Below are positions 1 to 13,520 of a stretch of 64,000 nt of DNA, piece by piece. The position numbers and the translations under genes are program-made. How positions within the stretch are numbered: the stretch's first letter is position 1; each line of letters starts with the position of its first letter. The stretch covers positions 3,596,001 through 3,660,000 of the forward strand of contig CM102283.1 of NCBI GenBank assembly GCA_046563655.1, in the 5' to 3' direction. The notes beneath the pieces are model-generated. The model did no database searches. It saw nothing but the letters and a program-made list of their open reading frames with translations, and was not told where the DNA came from. The DNA is from Yuukianura sp. NJ FZ-2021 (Eukaryota).

Positions 1-354
1 GTAGTTCCAGGATTACAAATGCAAGACTGTAGAGAATCATTTTTCAAAATTTTGGAAATTAAAATTTGAAACATTTTTGAAATTTGTAAAAAAGAAAAAA
101 AAGTTCACCTCAATGAAAGATCAACTGTAAATTGGTAGTCGATGTTCGAATAATCTTCTTTGCTGTACTCAAATGGAAGTGAGGCTAACACATTTTCTTT
201 CTAGAACAATTTTTAAATTTTTAGAAATACTGGATTTTCAAAATTTTGAACAGACTTGGAAACTTACACCACTAGTCAAAAGTGTAGCGACCAAAATTAA
301 GTGGACCATTAGCAGTAAGTAGCGTGTTAACACCAAACTTCCTGGATTCCCCAT
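1..354 (-). CDS. 5' part of an uncharacterised secreted/membrane protein; runs off the window start
   Basis: ATG at 354 begins a hydrophobic signal-like peptide (MGNPGSLVLTRYLLLMVHLILVATLLTSG). Frame-compatible GT-AG exons follow at ~109-200 and <=26. No family recognised. Confidence 0.45.
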
Positions 355-2255
355 TTCCAAAGTACTTTCGAACAAATTTTTTCGCACTTTTTGAATAAAG
401 GCTTTCTCACTTTTTGTTTTCGACCAATCAGCAGCAGCAGTACAGATTTCCAAATTCAAAAACTTTTCCTGTTTTTCGAAATTCAAATCGACTCGATATT
501 GAAATTGTAAACAAAGTTTTGTTTTTATTTTCAATTTGAGTCTGTTGCCATGGTGATATCGAACTAGCGTAGAAAATCCATAATTCCGGGACAGGAAGTC
601 ATCAACTTCTGACCTTCGCAAGGTCTTGGAAGGCCTTCAAATATTTATTGAACATTTCTCAGAAATTTCCTTTTTCAAGGCTCTTTTCCAAAAAGTCTAC
701 AAAATATTTTATAGACTTTGCATATTAAGGTTGAATTGATTTGACAAATTTAAACTTACTAGAACAATGCATCTAACTCAAAAAAATAATAACTTTTCTT
801 TAAATAAACACTTTTATTGTGACCTCATTTTAATTGCAATTTTCAAAATTTAATTACAATTTTATTACACTTTTGTTCTCGTTTTTTGCACAGGAATGTT
901 TTTAGAACTGCCAAATCGCAAATAGGGTTAGAAATTTTCAATTTTTTCTCAGAATTTGAAAAATCCCAAAACAATCTAATTTTTTTTGATAACCTAAATC
1001 TACTTCGCACGGGAGCAAAAACTATTGTTAAAAATTTGGTTTTAACTAACCAACTTTAGTTCAGAATTTGTGTAAATATTGACACAAAACTATGACATCA
1101 TGCCTATCACATCTGGATTTTGGAATGTCTCCAAAATATGTTTAATTGTCAACTGAAAAACTAGATTAACAAACTAACTTTTCAACATTAGTTTAACAAT
1201 AGTTAAATTGACAATAGTTCTAAAAAGTTTGTCCAAAACGTGAGTCACACTCATCTTCTTTCCTAAATTACCATTTTTCACACCTTTTCTCCAAATGTGT
1301 CGAGTCGATGTGTGAGGATGACGCAGACGCTGAATGCGTCTTTTAACTGAAACGCAACTAAAACTAATTAGTATACTTAAAAAAAGTTGTGTAAATCCGG
1401 TTTTGCCAATATTTTTCACTCATAAAGTTACTTTTTTATGGTTTTCAGATACTGAACTATTCAACAGCGAAATGGAGCTGAAACTTTTTTTTTTGAAATT
1501 TTACGATTTTAGCCGAAGGCTACAACTTTTTCTCGGAAGTTATTTGTTGTCACCTTAACATAAAGTTAGTCTCGGCCTAACCTGTTCTTGCACATGGGAT
1601 TTGAGCCCAGCGAAGCACTTACTGCCAGCACATTCGAGTCCAAACTCCCAAGCATTTTAAAGGGAGAGAGGCACAATCACCTGTAATCAACTCTCCACTT
1701 ACCTGTCCATACACATAGCAAAACCAACAAAAAACATTAGGTTTTTAAACCTAACAAAACTAACGTGGAAGAAGCAGGCGTCGTCCCCGTAAACTCATCG
1801 CAACGCCCAAACTCATCGTCCCCCGACTCTTCATCCAAGCATTTTCCTTTTGAACTTCTTTCTGGTATGTAGCAATCAAACGTTCAAATTCTTTTGTTAT
1901 AAACCTCCAACTACCTTAGTCTTTTTCAGTCTATTGTCCCTGTAGTTACTCCCTCCAACTCACTTTTCCAACAGAGTCACCGTCAACCTTGACGAATCCA
2001 TTCATTTTTTAAGAACATCAACTTTTGACTCAAATTTGACTCAGTCAATTACGCACAATCGCCAAATCTGGAATTTTTTTGATTTCAGTTCAAACTAAAG
2101 TGACTAAAGTGGAAATTTTGGAGCAATTGGGCCACGGTGCAATTGGAAATTGGAAGTGATAGGGTGATTTGAAGCGAAAAAGTTAAAAGTTGTGAGTTGA
2201 GCTGTGCAAAAGTAATGTAGGTCAAGAGGTCAATTGTGGAATTGTGGAATTTGGA

Positions 2256-3284
2256 ATGAATCGGAAGATCTGCGCAGTGTCAATTGTGCTGTTTGTGGTG
2301 ACGGTGACGGATGCTGCTGCTGGAGGGCTAACACTGAGCAAACAGTGTGGTGAGATTCAATGCACGAGACATCAGTATTGCTCAGCCGCTGACTATCACT
2401 GCAGACCGTGCGAAGTCGTTTGTGACGCTGGACACAACAATCACGACAAAGATCGCTGCGAAAGCGACTGTCAAGGTAAAAAAAAAACTCAACAATTTGT
2501 CTTTGAATTTTCAAATTTCTAAGATTTTTTCAAAAAAAAAATTGGTTAGAATTTTGAGAGTTCTTGAGATTATAAGAAGTGTGTCAAAAATTCTTGAATT
2601 TGGGAATTTGCACGATTTTTCGATTTTCTTGCAATTTGCAAGAAATTGCTCAAATTTTAGAGAATGTTTGAGATTACTAAATTTTTCAACATTTTAGTAA
2701 TAAGTACTTGCGATGTATCCAGAAAAACTCGGTTATGTATGAGGTGTGTCGATGAATAACTTTGGGGTGGAAATTTTTTGGAGATTTTCAAACTTTTTTT
2801 TGAAATCATGAAAATTTTTAAATGACATGATTATTTTTTCATGTCCAGACTACTTGCATGACATCCGCTACTTAAAATCAGAGAGCGCACTGGAGATGCA
2901 GATCGAATCTGAGTTGTGGACACTGAAACTGCTGCTGGGTGTGACCATTGGCATGACAACAACACTCATGATCCTCACCGTCACCATTCTACTCAAACTA
3001 CACTTCAAAAGAACCAACAAACAGAGGAAACAAGTCATGGAACTCCCTGCTGTCATCTACAGCAACAAGGTAATATTATTATATTTATTAATTATTTTTA
3101 ATATTAATTAATTAATTTTAATTTATAGTATGAGAAGAGCAGCAACCCGCCTTCAATTGCTCAGGGCACAGACAACAATAATCACAACAGTCGTTTTAGA
3201 CGGGAGCCCTCAGAGTCCACTCTGCCCGAGTACTCGTCCTATGACAATCCAGCTCTAGCTCCATCTCCTACACACCATGTTTAA
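2256..3284 (+). CDS. grnd: Grindelwald-like TNF receptor
   Basis: Exons 2256-2475, 2849-3069, 3129-3284 splice in frame. Signal peptide, single Cys-rich domain (CGEIQC..QYC..HCRPCEVVC..HNNHDKDRCESDC), one TM helix, C-terminal REPSESTLPEYSSYDNPAL resembling the conserved Grnd tail. Confidence 0.85.
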
Positions 3285-3841
3285 AGGTCAATGACCTCCA
3301 GTGACCTTTCAAAAAGTCATTGACCTTTGCCAAAAAGTCAATGACCTTTGTCAACAGGTCAATTACCTTTCTCAATTTCAAAATCTCTGACCTATGCAAT
3401 CAAAAAGTATGGATAGAAATCCGTCCTCTGGAAGGAAGTATGAGTCTTTCTTAACAATTTTTGTTACTTACGAGTGTCTTACAACGTAAACAAAGAGCAA
3501 TCAATAAGTTAACTAAAATAATTAATTAAAATAATTAAATTAATTAATCAAGTATTGACTAAAATTTGCAATTACAGTTGCAGTTAACTTAATTGCAATT
3601 AAGTTAAAAGCATATTTTAACACCTACAGTTAAAATGTATTTTAACAGTGAATTATAGTTATGTTAGTGTCTATAGTTTGCTAAATCGTATGTAGGGCGG
3701 TTACGTGCAATTTGTAGATTTGTAAATAATAAAAAAAATCCTTGAGAATTTTGGGTTTATAAATTTTTAGTTTAAAATTTTTCAAAATTTTAGTTGTTTT
3801 ATTAATCGAAACTTACACTTTTAATTGAATTGCAACTAAAT

Positions 3842-6193
3842 TTACTTATTTTGTGGCCAACGAGCCATATGCGTTTCATAAAATTCCTGTTCAGACGATT
3901 TCCTAAATTGTTTCCTTCTCTCTTCCTCGGTAAAGGCATCTTCCGAAGTCGTGTCGCCTAGTAAATGACCTTGACCTTGACCTTGACCTTCTTCCGAAAT
4001 CGGGTAAAGGTCAAGCCGTTCTTGACTTTCGTAGTTGTAGTAACGGCGTGGTGGTGGTGCAAAGTCAGCTGGAGTCAGAGCTCTTATTGAGTGCTGCTTC
4101 GTTCGGAATCCGTCGGTTTCTGTCGGAACAGGTCTCGGTGCTGAGCGAATACTTCCGACACTGGCTGTCCCTTTTTGGTCCGCACTTTTCGGTTTACAAT
4201 TTTTGGCATTTGGATGAACATCACAATCGAAGGCGGATTCGCTAAATCCTGCTGGAGGGTTGACCTCTTGACGGCGGTTGACTTCTTGACGACGTTTGAC
4301 GTCTTGGCGGCAGTTGACCTTTTGAAGGTCATTGACCTTTTGACGGCAGTTGACCTTTTCAAGGTCATTGACCTTTTGACGGCAGTTGGCCTTTTCAAGG
4401 TCACTGACCTCTGAAGTGTCACTTTCGCTGTCCTCTTCAGAAGTTTCGTGAATGCTGACTTCGGCTACTGGAGTGTCGTTGACACTGAAATTGAGCAGAG
4501 TTGTGTTTGCACACTTTTGTTTTTGTCTGATCTCGCGTCGTTTCCTGTGTTTTGTTTTTGGGCGTGTCACGAGTGGCTTTTTTTCTGGAAGGTCAGTGAC
4601 CTCGTCTTCTGTGAACTGATGACGAATCCACTGTTTCACTTGCCGCTTCTTCTTTATGAATGTCTTTGGCCTAAAGCAGTAGAAGCACAGCAGAGGTATC
4701 AGACAACAAATGCAAATTATAAGCAGAAGTGCGGTAACGGAGACTCCAGCCATGAGTGGTCCAGTCATCTGCGCATGCTCTGGTTTCAAGGTCGTTGACT
4801 CCTCCTGCTCCCGTGCTAGCTGGTAACGCAGTCGCGGTGAAAATTGGTACACTTCATTCTGTACAATTTCTAGACAGAAAATAAAGGATTTTCTCATCCA
4901 AATCGTCACTTTTCAAAAGTCCTTCTGTAGAAAGTTAGAAGGTGTGATGGTGTTTTAGAAAAACAATATTTTGGAATTTTTTAAATTTCCATAAAAAAGG
5001 AAAATGCACTTTAGTGAATTTGGTAGTCTAATCCTGACTTTTTCTAAAAGTCCTTCTGTAGAAAGTTAGAAGGTGTGATGGTGTTTCAGAAAAACAATAT
5101 TTTGGAATTTTTTAAATTTCCATAAAAAAGGAAAATGCACTTTAGTGAATTTGTTAGTCTAATCCTGACTTTTTCTAAAAGTCCTTCTGTAGAAAGTTAG
5201 AAGGTGTGATGGTGTTTCAGAAAAACAATATTTTGGAATTTTTTAAATTTCCATAAAAAAGGAAAATGCACTTTAGTGAATTTGTTAGTCTAATCCTGAC
5301 TTTTTCTAAAAGTCCTTCTGTAGAAAGTTAGAAGGTGTGATGGTGTTTCAGAAAAACAATATTTTGGAATTTTTTAAATTTCCATAAAAAAGGAAAATGC
5401 ACTTTAGTGAATTTGTTAGTCTAATCCTGCCTTTTTCTAAAAGTCCTTCTGTAGAAAGTTAGAAGGTGTGATGGTGTTTCAGAAAAACAATATTTTGGAA
5501 TTTTTTAAATTTCCATAAAAAAGGAAAATGCACTTTAGTGAATTTGTTAGTCTAATCCTGACTTTTTCTAAAAGTCAATAGAAGGTGTGATGGTGTTTCA
5601 GAAAAACAATATTTTGGAATTTTTTAAATTTCCATAAAAAAGGAAAATGCACTTTAGTGAATTTGTTAGTCTAATCCTGACTTTTTCTAAAAGTCCTTCT
5701 GTAGAAAGTTAGAAGGTGTGATGGTGTTTCAGAAAAACAATATTTTGGAATTTTTTAAATTTCCATAAAAAAGGAAAATGCACTTTAGTGAATTTGGTAG
5801 TCTAATCCTGACTTTTTCTAAAAGTCCTTCTGTGGAAAGTTAGAAGGTGTGATGGTGTTTTAGAAAAACATGTTATGGAATTTTTTAAACTGCTCATAAA
5901 TTAGGAAAATACATGTTATGGTATTTTTTAGCCTAATTGTGACGTTTGTCCAAAATCCTCATCACAGACACACAAATAAACCCAACATTTCTTTAGTATT
6001 ATAATAGAATAAAGAACTGACCTGGTTGTTGGCCTTGTAGCGAAGCATATTCTCCAGCACCTAAATCCACCGACGGTGGCTCTGGTGGCTCAGCGTAGTA
6101 ACTATTTTTGAATTCTGGTGGTGGAGCTGGCGGAGCATAATTGAAAGCTTGAGGTGACAAATTTTGATTTTGGCCATCTCTGTCGCTATCCAT
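3842..6193 (-). CDS. Uncharacterised single-pass membrane protein with Cys-rich juxtamembrane segment and low-complexity repetitive tail
   Basis: Exons 6193-6022 and 4869-3842 join in phase 1 across a GT-AG intron. TM segment LMAGVSVTALLLIICICCLIPLLCFYCF; internal (CRQKVNDLEKVN)-type repeats. True 5' end uncertain. Confidence 0.6.
4905..5930. repeat. Intronic tandem repeat, ~131-bp unit, ~7.5 near-identical copies
   Basis: AAAGTCCTTCTGTAGAAAGTTAGAAGGTGTGATGG recurs at ~4916, 5047, 5178, 5309, 5440, 5690, 5821. The copy at ~5571 carries a short deletion. Confidence 0.95.
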
Positions 6194-6405
6194 GACATTT
6201 TCAGCCAATGTGCCTTGAAATTGCGGGATTTTCAAATTTAAAAAATGAAATGAAAAAAAAAATGGCGGGAATCTTCACAGGGGATATGATTCATTTCCAA
6301 ATTCAGGCAGAAAGCAAAATGCGGTTACGCGGCAATATTTCTTTGAAACTTTTTAATTACTTTTTGGAAAATGTATAATTTTTTTGGAATGACGAAATTT
6401 TCAAA

Positions 6406-7503
6406 TTAGTAAAATCTTTCCCCATTTTCGTCGTTTTCTTCCGGAGCTGTTCGGTATTGAATTGTCGGTTTTCGTTTTTTGAAGTTTCCGGCAGGATTGA
6501 GTTTGTTTGGGGCGACGTGAGAACTTCCTGCGTCGGCTTTGTTGGATCCGATTGCCAGAATTGCAGCTTGTTTAACATAATTGACTCCGGCAGCGATCGG
6601 ATTCTCTCGGTCCGGATCCGAACCGAACCGTTTTCGTAAAATGTAGTTTCTCATTTCTTCATAACTAAGGTGTCTTTCCGCTTTTCCACGGTCACGGTTC
6701 ACTTTTCGCCGTGAAAGTTCAAGGACTTTGCTAAGTGACGGAGGTGGAGGCAGAATTGTGATTGGTCGGATCGGCTCGACGTCCAATTCGGCTTGGACTT
6801 TGTCATCTCTGAGAAAAACGGACACTTCATCTTGGAGTTTGTCTTCGTCCAGTTCCAATTCCGTTCCGATTTTAGTCCACTTTTGATCTTGGCCAAAGTT
6901 GCTGTTGCCAATATTGGCAGTATCGGGATTGTCGTTGACATAATTGTCGGCTGGTGACAGTTTTGCATTTGAAGCAAACCAGACTAGAGGTGTCTTCACT
7001 TGGAATTGATCTGAGTCTACGCTAGGAGCAAAATTCGGTTTCGCAGGACTCGATTTCATAAAATTCGATTGCACAGGACTCGATTTCATAAAATTCGATT
7101 GCACAGGACTCGATTTCATAAAATTCGATTGCGCCGGAGATACTAAAGCTTGTGCTGGATTCTGTTTTTGAAATTGACCGAATGGCGGGTAATGAATTTT
7201 TGAAAAAGTTTTTGGCGGAGGATTCAAAATTGACCGCGGCGGTGCTTGACGTGTGAAAGTTGACTGCGCCTGAGGTTTTTTTGTGACTTGCGCAATTGTT
7301 TCTCCGTCTTGAATGATTTCAAGGTCACTGACTCGATTTTCCCGGGCTTCAAACAAAGTTTCCAGTTTTCGGTAGAGTCGACGCAGATCTCGTTCTTTTT
7401 CTTTGATCAAGTCACTTTTTGCCGATACATCGTATATTTTGAAATTTCGAGCTGAATTTCGATTTCGATTTACATTTTGGCCCCGCCCATCGCTTCGGCT
7501 CAT
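6406..7503 (-). CDS. Uncharacterised low-complexity protein or large exon
   Basis: Long stop-free frame (open from ~7584; first ATG 7503) with three SSPVQSNFMK-type repeats (30-bp tandem at ~7043-7135). No family recognised. Confidence 0.5.
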   Translation of the reverse strand: MSRSDGRGQNVNRNRNSARNFKIYDVSAKSDLIKEKERDLRRLYRKLETLFEARENRVSDLEIIQDGETIAQVTKKPQAQSTFTRQAPPRSILNPPPKTFSKIHYPPFGQFQKQNPAQALVSPAQSNFMKSSPVQSNFMKSSPVQSNFMKSSPAKPNFAPSVDSDQFQVKTPLVWFASNAKLSPADNYVNDNPDTANIGNSNFGQDQKWTKIGTELELDEDKLQDEVSVFLRDDKVQAELDVEPIRPITILPPPPSLSKVLELSRRKVNRDRGKAERHLSYEEMRNYILRKRFGSDPDRENPIAAGVNYVKQAAILAIGSNKADAGSSHVAPNKLNPAGNFKKRKPTIQYRTAPEENDENGERFY

Positions 7504-7840
7504 TTGACCAATCCGAACGTTCCCGGCACTTTTCAAATCTCGTTTTCCACGATGCCCATGAGACTCGTCTTTTTCACAAATTTTTTAACTTTTACACTTT
7601 TTTTTTTAGGTTTTTGAAAAAACTTTAGCCAGTTTTGATGTTAAAACTGGCCCCGCAAACTTTTTGCAACTTTGCCGCCATTTTGAAAATGAATCACGTG
7701 CTGTGTGTTTTTTTTAATTGTAGCTTCATTTGCAGTTATAACGGCCGCAGAGACCACAAACGGAAGCTACATTTTTAGGCAGCCATTTTGTGAACCTTGC
7801 TCAACTTTTTTGAATTTTAAAATTTTGAACATTAAAATTT

Positions 7841-9112
7841 TTATAAATTTTTAAAAAGCGCTCCATTGCAAAAGTCTGGGAGGCCGTTATAACAAAACTG
7901 AGCTCCTTGAAGCTTACCGTGAATCGCTAATGCAGCGTTGTACAGTTCAACGGATTTTGTAAAACTCAAAATGGCGGGAAATCCTTGGAAGCAAGTTGAA
8001 GATGTCAAGAGAGCGGGAATCAGCTTTAAAAATTTCAAAAAAACCAACTTCAAAATTCAAAATTTTCTGAAACATTTTAAAAAATTTGAAACAAAAGTCA
8101 TTCCTAACCCTGTTTTCGATCCATTTTGAAACTGAACCAGAGAAGTTGGCTTGCAGTGCTGTTGATTCCAAGCAGTTGACCCCAGAGGTCAAGTATTGAC
8201 CCAGCACAAAGGTCAAATTGACCCTGTCCAATGTTGTACCCATTGACCCGAATCCAGGAACTTTAATTGTGTCCAATGAACTGAACGATGGCAAATTGGT
8301 CAATATTGACCCATCTTGCACTGCAATTCGAAAAAAAAGTCATGTTTTTTTAATTTTCAGACTCCAAAACTTAGAATTTTAAAATTTGACCTTACGTTTT
8401 AGAAAGATAAGGTCACATCCAGGATTGTAAGTTCCAAATCCACCAATCGGAGCACTCGGTAGAAATGGACCAATCACGAGTCCCATTTTCTCGATGACAT
8501 TTTCAGCGGGAATGAATTCAAAATTTTGAATATTTTTCCCGTCGGTGGCTTGAGTCGACGCAAAACTCTGCTGTAGCTTCAACGCCAAATTTTGAACGGC
8601 ATTGACGTTTTTGAAATTAGTTTTTCCCGCGTAGAAAGACAGGCAGCTCAAAGGCACTCCGAAGTTATCGAGAAACGTCAAGTATTTCGTATTAAAGGTC
8701 AAGAGCATTGAATTTCGCGCGCGAAAATTTTCACGTTCCAGCTCGCCGATTGTTTTTGAAACCAAATTGTAGTAAGTAAGCAGGAAGTTGACCAGCACAG
8801 GGTCACTGGACTTGATGGTCAGTCCTCCTTCTGGAAAAGGTCAAAGGTCATCAAAATCTCAAAGTTTAAGAATTTCTTAAAGGTTTTCAAAATTTCAATT
8901 CTACCGGTTTTCAGTTGAATGGCAAAAATGGCTGGATTGAAAGTGGGAACGACATTTCCAAATCCGTTTTGAATTTCGCGGACTAAAGTTTCTGCTTGAC
9001 ACGGCGTCAGTTCAGCGTCTTGGTTCCAGGGATCACGTGACTTTGTGTCGGCAGAGGTCACGAGGTCAAAGGTCAAAAGTAGTGTCAAAAACACATTTAG
9101 TTGGAAATGCAT
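7841..9112 (-). CDS. Uncharacterised secreted Cys-containing protein (4 exons)
   Basis: Signal peptide MHFQLNVFLTLLLTFDLVTSA. Four exons (~9112-8905, ~8830-8396, ~8320-8109, ~8023-7841) join in frame via GT-AG introns. Confidence 0.6.
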
Positions 9113-9349
9113 GTTACAGTGAGTAGTTGACCATAGTGTGACACACGTTTTAGTGGAAATTTCAAAATGTCGAACACTTCAAAAAAATGTGCAGAAGTGG
9201 AATCAACAAACTCATTTTTAAATACAAATTCGAGCGGTTGTCATGGAACTTTTGGCGCCAAAAATGCATATATTTAAAAGTTTTAATTGTTTTAGCAGTT
9301 TTAATTGTATGTTTGTAAACTTTTTTGTTAGGTTATGATTTTTTTTGGT

Positions 9350-10136
9350 TTAGTTTTTTGCAATTGACATTTTTGAGTCAATTTTCTGAATGCCTGACGG
9401 TGACTCCATGTGAGCTCGTAAGATTCGACTTTCTTTGGCGCCAGTCGGATCTGGAGTGGAACTCTTTGTAGTTTTGGCAATCGACGGATGGTCTTCTGGA
9501 TTCTGCACAATCACGAAAATCAAGTCTTCTCCTGGAACTAAAGGTCAAAGGTCAAAGGTCAGGTCACGTGACCTCAGAAAATGCTGCCAGCATTTGGATA
9601 CTGGCAAGTATACCTGGAGCAATGACGACTTCCTGTGAACATGAGTTGATTCGGATGATATTGATTTGAGTGGGAGCATTTGAAATACTTTGAAGCGTCG
9701 GAGTGAGGACGTCCAGAATTTGCTTAGAAACTCCGCAGTACATGCCAGTGATCGGCCCATCGTAGTTGGACCGGATTATTTTTCCTAAAAAAAAAGTTTC
9801 AAAATTTTGATTTTTTCCGAAAAATTTCAAAATTTTTAAGAATTCTGGACAAGTGGATTGTTACCGGCTCTGTTCATAAGCATGGATCCAACGACTCCTT
9901 GATGTTTTCCGAACAAGTACAAAACGTCTTCGTAAGTTTTGGCTTTGACCTAAACACAAAAGTAATAAAACGAAATAAACTAATTGAAATTAATTAATTG
10001 TATAAATAATTTTTAATCTTACAGAAACTGGTGCAATTGGCTGCTGTTGTTTGAAAATCTTTTCTTCAAACTCAGCTATGTTCATGTTGGACGGTAGAAG
10101 AATAGATGCTCGGAAATTGATCTCTTCAAAAGCCAT
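9350..10136 (-). CDS. Divergent dynein light chain Roadblock/LC7-family protein with N- and C-terminal extensions
   Basis: Four exons give EDVLYLFGKHQGVVGSMLMNRAGKIIRSNYD...IIRINSCSQEVVIAPGEDLIFVIVQNP, matching the Roadblock pattern (HKGVIG..GIPIRT..LRIRSKKHEIMVAP...LIVIQNP). Confidence 0.75.
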
Positions 10137-10601
10137 TTTGAGGAAGGTCAGAGGTCAAAGTCAATGTCACTCAGAAGTTATGAAAAAGATTGTTCAAGGA
10201 TTTTTCAAAAGTTGCGATTTTCAAAATCCAACAGACGTAAAACATCAAAATAAGAGAGTGAAAAGTGTAAAGTGTAAAATCATTACTGCTTGTTGGACGT
10301 ATTGTAATCTATTATTTCAGCTATTGATCAATCAAAATTTCGGTTTCCATGGTTACCAAAATTGAATTTCCGGATCGTTTAGGGAAATTTTTCGCAGTAT
10401 CTGATTCTTTCTGAGGATTAGTGTATCACTAAATTACTTAATGACTTGAGAATTTTTGAATCTCAAGGGCGGGATTAATTCTAAAAGTTGTTTAGTTTGT
10501 CATGTGTTCGTTTTCTTATGCCTAGTGCCGATTAATGATAACTAAGTTTAATTTAAGTTAATTAATTGGTAATCAGCGTGTTGTCATTCGGGCAATCCAA
10601 A

Positions 10602-11532
10602 ATGACAACGTTAACGAAACTTGTACAAAACGTCTCCAAGTTCTTCGGTCGACATCAAGTCCTCAAAAATTCAATTATTGCCGGTAATTGCATAACGTAT
10701 TTAACGTAAATTTTTAGATTTTTTGTAATCAATTTGCAGAATTAGAATTGTTAAATTTTTTAGTTAACTTTTTTTTTAATTTTTTGTAGGTGGTCTAATG
10801 GGAGGCGGTGACATGATCTCTCAAGTTGTCATTGAAAAAACAGACAATTATAACTTCGTAAGGACGGGCAGATTTGTATTCTTGGGAAGCTGTGTTTTGG
10901 TAAGATATCTTTACATAAAAACGTTTTGAAAACGTTGTTACTTAATTTCAACTTGATTAATGTAGGGTCCGTTTCTGTACCGATGGTATGGAATCCTGGA
11001 GGGAGTTAAGTTCAAGTCAGCAGCAGTCACAGCTTTTGCGAGGATGACAGTTGACCAACTAACGGTGGCTCCATCGTTTCTCTACGTCTTCTTCTGGCTA
11101 AATGGAGGACTTCAAGGGTTCTCACCTTCTCACATCTACAAAACGATTCAGAGGGACTACACAGACGTTTTGATAGCAAATTATCAGGTAAGTATTAAGT
11201 AATTGAAAGTTATACAAAGTAAATTAGCTGATATGTACTACTCCTAAAACGAATTCCTTCAAAATTTTAGTTGTGGCCGGCCGTTCAAATGGTCAACTTC
11301 TCCTTCGTCCCATTGGCCCACCGAGTTCTGTTTGCGCAAGTGAGTTATTCCTTAGTTCTTGTTCGATATTTAGTTTTTAACAACCTAAATCAGTAAATTA
11401 AATCCAAAGTTTGTTAATCATTTTAATTTTTACCGTTTTTTTCGTTTTTAGACGTTTGCGCTAGTTTGGAACACCTACTTGGCCTGGAAGATGAATCGAA
11501 CCACTACGGTAGAAATTTCTGAAACAATCTAA
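10602..11532 (+). CDS. Mpv17: Mpv17/PMP22 family protein
   Basis: Five exons; motifs GDMISQ, RTGRF, WYGILE, DQLTVAP, NYQLWPAVQMVNFSFVPLAHR, WNTYLAW. Confidence 0.9.
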
Positions 11533-11704
11533 TCCGTCGTCGTTTGTCAGTCTGATCCTACTCACCTTTAGGTAATAATAATGTCCCAGCTCTTTAGATT
11601 TGTGCAGTTAACTTGAAATAATTTATTTATTTGACAAAAAAAAACATAAAATAATATTCGATTAATACAGTATCCACTGATTGCTAATGTAAACACAGAA
11701 ATAC

Positions 11705-13520
11705 TTATTGGGAATCCATAAACTGAATGTCAGAAAGGAGAAGAAGCAACTTCGGAAGTGGTCCGGGCGACGGAGACAGAACAGTCATGCGTCCTTTTTC
11801 CACGTCAATGTCCGTCACACACACGTAACCAGCAACATTCTTCCGGATTACGTCTTCGTCAGCATCAGATGCGAAACTTATTGCGAGCAGTTTATGCAGC
11901 AACTGCTGAGTCGTCGGTGTTACTGGAACTAACTTTGTCCTGGACTCGTCCACTTTCATGCCCAGTGGAAGACAAGATGACGGAACAGCTGGACTTCCGA
12001 TTTTGTAGATTTGTGCCTACAAAAGTTATAGAAATGAGTACTATTTGTAATTTATTGAATAAAATATAATAACATAAATAATTACTTCGGAAAGTTTCAC
12101 TTGGAACGAATGTGGATGTAGAACTTGCCCACCGATCCGTCCATAAAAATAAGTTCGGATTCGACTGTCCCGGCTCCCCGCTCGGAACGTTTTGCTTCTC
12201 TCCACAACCTGGAATTTAGTGCCATAGTTTATCGCTTATCTTAGATAATATCTACAATAAGCGATAAACGATATCGAAGATTCAAGGTATTTATATCTTG
12301 CATCTTCGATATCGAATGTTGCAGCTTACCCCGCCACTTTTAGGTAGGAAAACGACCTTGACGAAGCTCGGCAGGTCACGACTCAGTTCGTTGTACAGTC
12401 GTTCTTGATCCATGACCAGCACAACATCAGCTTCAAACGCCTGAGCCATGTGTGTGATGCTCTTGTATCCGTCGCCTTTGATCCATCCAGAAGTATTTAT
12501 AATCACACCAGAAGATTTCACTAAAAATAACAAACAGTGAAAGTAATTGAACCTTGGTTGATTGATTTCCAAGTAAAAACGTTACCTTTTCGATTACTTT
12601 CAAGACGTTCATGTGTGACCTCAGCCAGTTTTGAAATGAGGAGACTGTACAGTGGAATATTGGAAGTAGGACTGGTGGAACCAAAGAAGTAGACGAGAGG
12701 AGCCTGTTCTGGAAATCCATTCTCTTCAATTGACGCCTGTCTCTCGATCATCATTGCTGCTACTGTACCAGAGACAGACATGCTCCCTTGCCCAACATCC
12801 ACATCGACGTATATTGGTCGTCGTCCAACACGTACGGCATAGTTCAGTAACAGTCTGCAGACGGTAGATTTTCCAACGTCCATTGGGCCAACGACGAGAG
12901 CAATTGGGCCACGCTTTGACTCAGCATCAGCAGTTCTAAAATCATAAAATATGAATGTTTAGACTCTATTTTTTTCTATTCATTGTTAGCTGTTCTTAGT
13001 GTTTACCTTCTCAGGGTCTCGAGAGATGCGTGGACGTTGAGGTAAAGAATCATTGGTGTTTCTTTAGCTACATAAGCGATTTCAGTCTTGCCTAAGAAAA
13101 AGAACCAATAACTAGATTAATCTGTCCATGAATAAGAGAAAGCTTTAACTAATTACCGATTACTGAGTATAAAATGAGTATTTCTTACCTTTGATTTGCA
13201 CCTTGCATCCATGGTAAGTGAACACAGCAGCCTTTGCACCACCGAGGAACTTGTACTGTTTGTCCTTGACCATTTCAGTTCCAAATACTTCTCCCATGCC
13301 ATCAGTCATCTAGTACAGACAATTATTCAATTGATACTCAGTTATACAGGGTATAAAACATAAGTAATCGATAAATTGTTATTTCCAAACTTACGGTGAC
13401 GGTAATGGAGCTGTTTCCTTCCGGTACTTCAAATCGTAGCTCTTCGTCCACTCCGAGCGAGAATTCTTGAACTTCATCGTTAGCTGATTCAGCATCCGCT
13501 TTTTCATCAGTCGACGACAT
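11705..13520 (-). CDS. CLP1: Polyribonucleotide 5'-hydroxyl kinase CLP1
   Basis: Multi-exon; [17 protein letters not shown]alker [50 protein letters not shown]. Confidence 0.95.

Noticed and set aside
4905-5930. CRISPR-like array
   Set aside because: Units are contiguous with no unique spacers, the context is a eukaryotic intron, and there are no cas genes.
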